A DNA stretch of 64,000 nucleotides, from assembly GCA_964493415.1 (NCBI GenBank), contig CAZBND010000009.1, positions 13,866 to 77,865 of the forward strand, written 5' to 3'. This document shows positions 58,232 through 64,000 of the stretch, in pieces. The DNA comes from an uncultured Planctomycetota bacterium (GTDB lineage: Bacteria > Planctomycetota > DG-23 > CAZBND01). The notes beneath the pieces are model-generated. The model worked only from the letters and a program-made list of their open reading frames with translations, did no database searches and was not told the origin of the DNA. Every line of letters starts with the position of its first letter. Within the stretch, counting starts at the first letter, position 1. A program made the position numbers and the translations under genes.

Positions 58232-58864
58232 ATGGCGGATCTTCAAGCGATAGCGGACAACCTTATCAATGGAAAAGCTCAGGAGGTCAAAGACCTCGTT
58301 AAGCAAGCGTTGGATGGGGGAACTGGGCCGGGCGAAGTGTTGAACCAGGGACTAATCGCAGGAATGAACGTCGTGGGCAGGAAGTTCAAAGCCAACGAGT
58401 TCTATGTGCCCGAGGTCCTCATCGCCGCCCGCGCGATGAAGTTCGGCATGGAGGTCCTCCAGCCCGCGCTGGAGGCCGGCGGGATCAAGCCTATTGCCAA
58501 GGTCGCCATAGGCACGGTCAAGGGCGACCTCCACGACATAGGCAAGAACCTCGTTGCTATGATGCTTCGAGGCGGAGGGTTCGAGGTGGTCGACCTTCTG
58601 ATCGATGCTGAGGCCGAAGCGTTCGTCAACGCCGCCAGAGAGGGGTGCCAGTTGATCTGCATGTCGGCTCTCCTCACCACCACGATGCCTCAGATGGCCG
58701 AGGTCATAAAGGCGCTGAAGGCGGCGGATATCGACGGCGTAAAGACGATGGTCGGCGGCGCGCCCGTCACACAGGAGTACGCTGACGAGATCGGCGCCGA
58801 TGGCTATGCGCCTGACGCAGCGTCGGCCGTTGAGAGGGCCCGCGAGCTTCTCGGCGTAGCCTGA
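58232..58864 (+). CDS. Cobalamin-binding corrinoid protein (MtbC/MttC-like; B12-binding_2 + B12-binding domains)
   Basis: An N-terminal helical B12-cap, then a Rossmann-like domain with the DxHxxG lower-ligand motif (GDLHDIGKN) and SALLTTTMP. ~210 aa. Confidence 0.8.
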   Translation: MADLQAIADNLINGKAQEVKDLVKQALDGGTGPGEVLNQGLIAGMNVVGRKFKANEFYVPEVLIAARAMKFGMEVLQPALEAGGIKPIAKVAIGTVKGDLHDIGKNLVAMMLRGGGFEVVDLLIDAEAEAFVNAAREGCQLICMSALLTTTMPQMAEVIKALKAADIDGVKTMVGGAPVTQEYADEIGADGYAPDAASAVERARELLGVA

Positions 58865-58878
58865 AAAGGAGTACAGGC

Positions 58879-59841
58879 ATGCAGCTCCCGGACATCAAGG
58901 AGAAGTGGACGAGCCAGGTCAACGAGCTGGTCCTCGGTGCTACCAAGGACGAGGGCGGCACTCGGACCAGCACCGTCACAATTGGCGGAGCCAAGACCCT
59001 TCCCTTTATCGCCTTTGAAGGCGATCCCGGCAACAAGATCGTCGTAGCCATGGACGTTCTCGACATTCCTCCAACCTACTGGCCTGAAGTCCTGCAGGAG
59101 CCCTACCGAGACGTATACGAGGACCCCGGCGCTTGGGCCAAGAAATGCGTCGACGATTTCGGTGCCGATATGATCTGCGTCAGGCTCGAGGGCATTCACC
59201 CGGATCAGGGAGACTACGGCGCTGACCACGCCGTGAAGGCCGTACGTGCGGTTGCCCAATCCGTGGGGGTCCCGCTAATCATATGGGGCTGTGGGGACGA
59301 CGAGAAGGACAATCAGGTTTTTCCCAAAGTCAGCGAGGCGCTGAGGGGAGAGAAAGCTCTCCTCGGCCCCGTCACGCAAGACAATTACAAGACCATCACC
59401 GCGGTCTGCCTCGCCGACGGACATGCGCTGATTTCACTTGCCCCCATCGACATCAACATTGCCAAGCAGGTCAATATCTTGGTTTCCGATATGGACTTCC
59501 CGCTCTCGCGAATTGTGATGTTCCAGGCCACCGGAGCGCTGGGATATGGGATAGAGTACGCCTATTCCATTCAGGAGCGGGAACGCCTGGCCGCCTTGAC
59601 CGGAGACAAGATGATGGCCATGCCCGTCATCTGTGACGTAGGTTATGAGACCTGGCGCGCCAAAGAGGCTAAGACCCCCGACGATGAAGCCCCGCAGTGG
59701 GGTCCCGCGTCCTATCGCGGCCCGATGTGGGAGGCCGCCACGGCCATAACTCTGCTTCAGTCCGGGGCTGACATACTGAGAATGCGTCACCCCAAGGCCG
59801 TCTCTGTAGTCAAGAAACTTATCGAAGAGCTTTACGCCTGA
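58879..59841 (+). CDS. CdhD/AcsD-like TIM-barrel protein (corrinoid/Fe-S protein small-subunit family) - tentative
   Basis: 320 aa. Blocks VLGATKDEGGTRT, VPLIIWGCGDDEKD, NYKTITAVCLADGH, PIDINIAKQVNIL, MPVICDVGYETWRAKEA and LLQSGADILRMRHP match what I recall of the CODH/ACS delta (AcsD/CdhD) family. The call is from memory, not a search. The gene lies 15 nt downstream of a corrinoid protein. Confidence 0.45.
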   Translation: MQLPDIKEKWTSQVNELVLGATKDEGGTRTSTVTIGGAKTLPFIAFEGDPGNKIVVAMDVLDIPPTYWPEVLQEPYRDVYEDPGAWAKKCVDDFGADMICVRLEGIHPDQGDYGADHAVKAVRAVAQSVGVPLIIWGCGDDEKDNQVFPKVSEALRGEKALLGPVTQDNYKTITAVCLADGHALISLAPIDINIAKQVNILVSDMDFPLSRIVMFQATGALGYGIEYAYSIQERERLAALTGDKMMAMPVICDVGYETWRAKEAKTPDDEAPQWGPASYRGPMWEAATAITLLQSGADILRMRHPKAVSVVKKLIEELYA

Positions 59842-60115
59842 CCGGAGCAACAACCACTTCCACCTTCGGTCTCTCTTTCCCTGTCATGCTTGGCGACTGC
59901 CGCGTGCCTGCTTCCCCAAGGGGTGCCGCGCGTAGACGAAGGTCGGGCTGCCCCTTGCAGCTCTTGACCCCGACAGGCTTTCCCGGGCGAGCATTCTCTG
60001 TAATCCCGGGCCGTTGGAACGAGCTTCATCGAGGCTCTCAGCCTACCCGGCCGAGAAAAGAAGTCGCGCCGCATGGCCTTATCCTGCCAGAGCCGTGGTT
60101 TTTCTGCGTACGGCG

Positions 60116-60160
60116 TTGACGCTTATCTGTCCTGCGCGTATACTGAGATTGAGTCTCAAT
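60116..60160 (+). promoter_or_regulatory. Promoter plus palindromic operator upstream of fur
   Basis: TTGACG (60116-21), 17 nt, TATACT (60139-44), followed 3 nt later by the perfect 6-1-6 inverted repeat ATTGAG-T-CTCAAT (60148-60). The start codon of fur is at 60175. Confidence 0.45.
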
Positions 60161-60174
60161 TGCGCGGGATCCCG

Positions 60175-60621
60175 ATGAATCACCGGATATTCAGCGAATA
60201 TCTCCGACGAAAAGGTCTCCGAGCCACCCATCAGCGAGTGGAGATCTTTAGGCACGTTGCCTCCCGAAAGGGGCACTTTACACCCGAAGGACTGCACAGA
60301 GAATTGACCGACCGCGGCGTCCGCGTGTCGCGCGCCACAGTCTATCGAACACTCACGCATCTCCTTAACGCCAGGCTGCTTCGCGAAGCAGTCAACGTTG
60401 ACGGCGAGGTCAGATTCGAGCCCGCCCGCCGACAAGGTCACCACGATCATCTGGTCTGCCTTTCCTGCGGGAAGGTGATCGAGTTCGCCAGTCCCGGAAT
60501 CGAGTCCCTCCAACGAAAGGTATGCTCCCGCCACCACTTCGACCCGATTGAACACACGCTGCAAATCGTCGGGTACTGCAGCGAATGTCGGGAGTCGCGC
60601 AAGCGCGGAGCGAAACGATGA
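60175..60621 (+). CDS. fur: Fur-family metalloregulator
   Basis: Winged-helix N-terminus (HQRVEIFRHVAS...) and a C-terminal metal site (HHDHLVCLSCGKV...CSECR). 148 aa. Start set at the ATG 60175, not the ORF-track 60073. Confidence 0.85.
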   Translation: MNHRIFSEYLRRKGLRATHQRVEIFRHVASRKGHFTPEGLHRELTDRGVRVSRATVYRTLTHLLNARLLREAVNVDGEVRFEPARRQGHHDHLVCLSCGKVIEFASPGIESLQRKVCSRHHFDPIEHTLQIVGYCSECRESRKRGAKR

Positions 60622-62903
60622 TCTTCTGTCATGGCAGGTCAAAAGAGAAAGCGACGGCTGCGGGAATGCCGGTGATCGCCCTCGTCGGCAATCCCAACGT
60701 CGGCAAGAGCGCGGTCTTCCGGATACTCACGGGACGATACGCGGTCGTATCCAATTACCCCGGAACCACCGTGGAGCTTTCCATAGGCAACATCAGTATT
60801 CACGGCACCCGGTACGAGGTGATAGACACTCCCGGAGCCAACAGTCTGACACCAAGCTCCGAAGACGAACGCGTTGCGCGCGACATCCTGTTCGACAGGG
60901 ATGGCGTCACGGTCGTCCAGGTCGCCGACGCGAAGAATCTTGACCGCGCTCTCATGCTCACCGTCGAGCTGGGCGAGCTGGGTGTCCCGACGGTGTTGTT
61001 GCTCAACATGTGGGATGAGCTTTCCTCACGCCTCATCTCCGTCGACGTCGCCGGACTCCAACGGATTCTCGGCATACCTGTCATAAGAACCGTCGCTACG
61101 CAGGGCATGGGATTCCATTATGTCAGGGAGGCGATCCCCCACGCCGAGGTCCCCTCTGTCGAGGTGGATTACGGCGGGGCGGTGTTGGAGGCGTCCGCCG
61201 GAGTGAGAGAGCACCTCTCCTTCTTAGATGCCAAATCCAAAGGCGCTTCGCTCATGCTTCTGGCCGGAGACGAGCCGCTTCTCAAGAAGTTGTTTACCGG
61301 CCTCGGGTCAGAGTCGGTGTCCGACATCGAAGACACGGTTCAGACACTTCAAGAGAAGCTGCCTGTGCCCGCGGGGTATTTCCTCAGGCAGCGCCGGGCA
61401 CTGGCGGTAAGACGGATGTGCGCCGAGGTGATGAGGAGAACGGAAGAGGAGCAGCCGAGGACCGCCTATTCCCGCGCCATTCCTTTCGGGTTGCTCGCGG
61501 TCGCGCTTTTCTTCGTGGGCTACAAGTTCACCGACCTCCTCCTCGTTCTCGTTCAGGCCGTGACCAGACTGGAAGTTGCGGCCCTTTGGCCCAGATGGGC
61601 CGGGGGCATTGCCATCCTTTTGGCCGCTGCCATCGCCTGGCACAGACGGCCTATTCGGGGGAGGGGCACGCCCGGGGAGGCCTTCAGCAGACTGGCTCTT
61701 TCTCCCGTATCTGCGATCCCGATCATCGTCGTGGTTCTCTGGCTCATATATGTGATCGTTGGGCAGTTTGGCGCCGGCACGGTGGTGGATTTTGTAGAGG
61801 GAAAGGTCTTCGGTCTCCCTTCAATTCCTTCAGGCGGGTTTGATGTTGCCGTTCCGATTCCTTTCAAAGCTGATCGCATCGAGCTGCTACACGTTCCTTT
61901 TGACGGCATCAATTACTACCTTTCCAACGCCATGCTAAGAGTGCTGCAACCCGACAGCTTCGTCTACAGGCTTCTTATGGACGAGGACGCCGGCCTCATA
62001 AGCGTGGGACTCCGATATTCTGTCGCCATCGTTTTCCCCATTGTCTTCTTCTTCTTCCTCGCGTTCGCCGTCATGGAGGATAGCGGCTATCTCCCCAGGC
62101 TGTCGGTCCTGATGGACCGCATCTTCCGCGCCATGGGGATGAACGGCAAGGCCGTGCTCCCCATGGTTCTGGGGCTGGGCTGCGACACAATGGCCACTCT
62201 CAGCACGCGCATCCTTGACACCCGCAAGGAACGTATAATCGCAACCCTCCTCCTTGCTCTCGCCATTCCGTGTTCCGCGCAGCTCGGTATCATCGCCGGA
62301 ATCCTCTCGCAGGTGTCCCCCAAGGCGATTGCCCTTTACATCCTCGCGATATCGTCTCAGCTCTTTCTTGTTGGTTTCCTGGCTTCCAGGGTCATACCGG
62401 GGGAGACGTCCGACTTCCTCATAGAGCTTCCCCCCATTCGCTTTCCCCGCTTGGGCAATGTCCTTCTTAAAACCCTATTCCGCGTGCGTTGGTTTCTGCT
62501 CGAAGCCGTCCCCCTTTTCTTGATCGGAACGGCCGCACTCTTCTTCTCTACCGAAATCGGTCTCCTCGGCCTGGCCGAACGAATAATGAGTCCTGTTGTG
62601 GTTGGCGTTCTCGGCCTCCCGGCCGAAACTGCAAAGGGCTTTCTCTTGGGGTTCCTCAGGCGTGACTACGGCGCGGTCGCGATATTCGATATGTTTCGCT
62701 TGCGCTCCGTTGGCGCTTCTCAGGCCCTGGTGGCTCTTGTCGTCATCACCCTTTTTGTCCCTTGCCTGGCAAACCTACTCGTGATAATTAAAGAGCAGGG
62801 CCTTCGCAGGGCGTTCTTCATAGTCGGCTTCATAATACCCTACGCTTTCGCGATCGGAGCCGTTGTCAGGTTCGTCTCGCGCGCCATCGGAATAACGGGT
62901 TGA
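60618..62903 (+). CDS. feoB: Ferrous iron transporter B
   Basis: N-terminal G-domain (IALVGNPNVGKSAVF; DTPG), GDI-like region and polytopic permease core; ~760 aa. The ATG at 60618 overlaps the fur stop (ATGA). An alternative ATG lies at 60666. Confidence 0.9.
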   Translation: MIFCHGRSKEKATAAGMPVIALVGNPNVGKSAVFRILTGRYAVVSNYPGTTVELSIGNISIHGTRYEVIDTPGANSLTPSSEDERVARDILFDRDGVTVVQVADAKNLDRALMLTVELGELGVPTVLLLNMWDELSSRLISVDVAGLQRILGIPVIRTVATQGMGFHYVREAIPHAEVPSVEVDYGGAVLEASAGVREHLSFLDAKSKGASLMLLAGDEPLLKKLFTGLGSESVSDIEDTVQTLQEKLPVPAGYFLRQRRALAVRRMCAEVMRRTEEEQPRTAYSRAIPFGLLAVALFFVGYKFTDLLLVLVQAVTRLEVAALWPRWAGGIAILLAAAIAWHRRPIRGRGTPGEAFSRLALSPVSAIPIIVVVLWLIYVIVGQFGAGTVVDFVEGKVFGLPSIPSGGFDVAVPIPFKADRIELLHVPFDGINYYLSNAMLRVLQPDSFVYRLLMDEDAGLISVGLRYSVAIVFPIVFFFFLAFAVMEDSGYLPRLSVLMDRIFRAMGMNGKAVLPMVLGLGCDTMATLSTRILDTRKERIIATLLLALAIPCSAQLGIIAGILSQVSPKAIALYILAISSQLFLVGFLASRVIPGETSDFLIELPPIRFPRLGNVLLKTLFRVRWFLLEAVPLFLIGTAALFFSTEIGLLGLAERIMSPVVVGVLGLPAETAKGFLLGFLRRDYGAVAIFDMFRLRSVGASQALVALVVITLFVPCLANLLVIIKEQGLRRAFFIVGFIIPYAFAIGAVVRFVSRAIGITG

Positions 62904-62915
62904 AAGGAAATCGCC

Positions 62916-63638
62916 ATGCCTGAGCAGCCCATTGAAGAAGTGCTTGAGCATATGTGGACGGTTGCCGAGCAGGGGAGGGAGGTCGCGACCGAAGACGTCG
63001 GTTCGGTCCTCGCTCCCGGCCCGCTCGAACAGACGCTCAGGCAGATGATAGGGGGCGGGCTTGTTGAAAAGGACGGCCATCGCCTCACCTTGACCCGGAC
63101 AGGGAAGGAGCTTGCAGAGCAAGTCGTTAGGAGGCACCGCTTAGCCGAAAGGCTCCTCACCGATGTCCTCGATGTCGGCATGGCCGAGTCAGAGTCTTCC
63201 GCGTGCCGGTTTGAGCACTGTCTCAGCGCCGAGGTGGCCGACAGTATTTGTACGCTCTTGGGGCACCCGAGGACTTGCCCTCACGGGAAACCAATTCCCC
63301 CAGGACCCTGCTGTCTGGCTCGTGACACAGCCCCGTCTCCGGTTGTTGTCCCCCTCAGCGATCTTCAGGTCGGTCAGCAGGCCAGAGTGGCATACATCTT
63401 GAGTCATCGCAATCACAGGCTCGACAGACTCACCTCTCTGGGCCTCCTCCCCGGGGCAATGGTTCGTCTCGAGCAACGCAGCCCCTCATTCGTCATCTCT
63501 GTGGGGGAATCCGACTTGGCTTTGGCAAGCAGCATCGCTCACGAAATTTACGTTCGTCCATTTGGTCGTCCTTTAGGTTCGAGGGGACAAGCGGGACCAC
63601 GCAGACGATTTCTTCGAAGGAGGGGAAGATGGACGTAG
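62916..63638 (+). CDS. DtxR/IdeR-family metal-dependent repressor with C-terminal FeoA (SH3-like) domain
   Basis: Winged HTH (LRQMIGGGLVEKDGHRLTLT), dimerisation/metal site (RRHRLAERLLTDVL...CRFEHC...CPHGKPIP), then a FeoA-like domain (LSDLQVGQQARVAYI...LTSLGLLPGAMVRLEQRSP..FVISVG). Confidence 0.75.
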   Translation: MPEQPIEEVLEHMWTVAEQGREVATEDVGSVLAPGPLEQTLRQMIGGGLVEKDGHRLTLTRTGKELAEQVVRRHRLAERLLTDVLDVGMAESESSACRFEHCLSAEVADSICTLLGHPRTCPHGKPIPPGPCCLARDTAPSPVVVPLSDLQVGQQARVAYILSHRNHRLDRLTSLGLLPGAMVRLEQRSPSFVISVGESDLALASSIAHEIYVRPFGRPLGSRGQAGPRRRFLRRRGRWT

Positions 63639-64000
63639 GGTTCGGCATCGTCGGATGCGGCATGATCGCTCCTTTTGCGGCCAAGGCTGTCAGCGAAATT
63701 GGCGGGGCGAGGCTGGCCGCAGTTTTCTCACGCAACGAGTCCAGGGCAACTAGCGTCGCAGAACCCTACGGCGCCGAAGTCTCTACCGACTATGACTCGT
63801 TTCTCGACAGGAAAGACCTGAATGTGGTCTACATCTCCACGCCCAGCGGCACTCACGCCGACTACGCCATCCCCGCGGCCAAAGCCGGGAAGCACGTGAT
63901 CGTCGAGAAGCCCATTGAGATAACGCTTGCTCGCGCCCGCGAGCTGGCCCAGGTTTGCGACGAAGCCGGGGTGAAGCTCGGGGTGATCTCTCAATCGCGG
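63629..64000 (+). CDS. Gfo/Idh/MocA-family NAD(P)-dependent oxidoreductase (5' partial, runs off window)
   Basis: MDVGFGIVGCGMIAPFAAKAV...VVYISTPSGTHADYAIPAAKAGKHVIVEKP, a Rossmann N-terminus of GFO_IDH_MocA. GGAGGGG SD 4 nt upstream of the ATG. No stop before the window end. Confidence 0.7.
   Translation, partial: MDVGFGIVGCGMIAPFAAKAVSEIGGARLAAVFSRNESRATSVAEPYGAEVSTDYDSFLDRKDLNVVYISTPSGTHADYAIPAAKAGKHVIVEKPIEITLARARELAQVCDEAGVKLGVISQSR

Noticed and set aside
59842-60115. Possible cobalamin or other riboswitch in the 330-bp gap between the AcsD-like gene and fur
   Set aside because: No B12-box-like (GCCACTG) or other recognisable riboswitch core was found. The region is GC-rich without obvious conserved helices, and it is probably just the 3'-UTR plus the fur promoter. 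An Infernal scan would settle it.
1-64000. CRISPR arrays, tRNA/rRNA genes, IS elements, integrases
   Set aside because: No regularly spaced direct repeats. No GTTCGAATC-type T-arm or cloverleaf candidates in intergenic regions. No transposase- or integrase-like ORFs. The window looks like core chromosome with small accessory islets.

Overview
This is a high-GC chromosomal segment, apparently bacterial, with dense coding on both strands and frequent GTG/TTG starts. I found no rRNA, tRNA, CRISPR array, IS element or transposase.

Reading 5'->3':
- rpsI with a clean intrinsic terminator, then argC and argJ, followed by a ~600 bp stretch with no convincing gene.
- A long minus-strand operon encoding a complete archaeal-type A/V-ATPase (G/H-C-I-K-F-E-A-B-D) that continues into uspA, ptsN (EIIA-Ntr) and a small gene.
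- A carbohydrate islet at 14.5-23 kb: two tandem paralogous TIM-barrel glycoside-hydrolase-like genes flanking a cyclase/kynurenine-formamidase gene, converging on a GH63-like (alpha/alpha)6 glucosidase, DUF763, a GH26-like secreted hydrolase and a Zn-alcohol dehydrogenase.
- At 23.1-25.1 kb, a compact module: a sigma70-like promoter, a DUF2089 Zn-ribbon/HTH protein, then three consecutive genes whose products share a ~20-aa N-terminal SHOCT-like motif (EGKI..EEA..LL.A). Their C-termini differ: a bactofilin/toastrack-like beta-helix, a membrane anchor, and a small soluble domain. tldD/pmbA follow immediately. I rate this the most novel-looking locus in the window.
- cstA, cysS, a GAF-GAF protein, rubrerythrin, a hidden 80-aa ORF, ogg and dnaE.
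- A Frz-like chemosensory operon: CheY, a ParA-like ATPase, double-CheW, a poly-HAMP MCP, CheA-REC with tandem Hpt domains and an A9 homopolymer, CheB and CheR-TPR. A type IV pilus/competence set sits nearby: pilT, a small Cys-rich ORF, dprA and pilD.
- purC and hisH, an OmpA-like lipoprotein, DUF2851, and a trifunctional AroD-AroE-AroK fusion.
- An orphan corrinoid protein plus AcsD/CdhD-like pair, preceded by GCCGGCC palindromes.
- A Fur - FeoB - DtxR::FeoA iron locus with a textbook promoter and a 6-1-6 palindrome, and a partial Gfo/Idh/MocA oxidoreductase at the window end.
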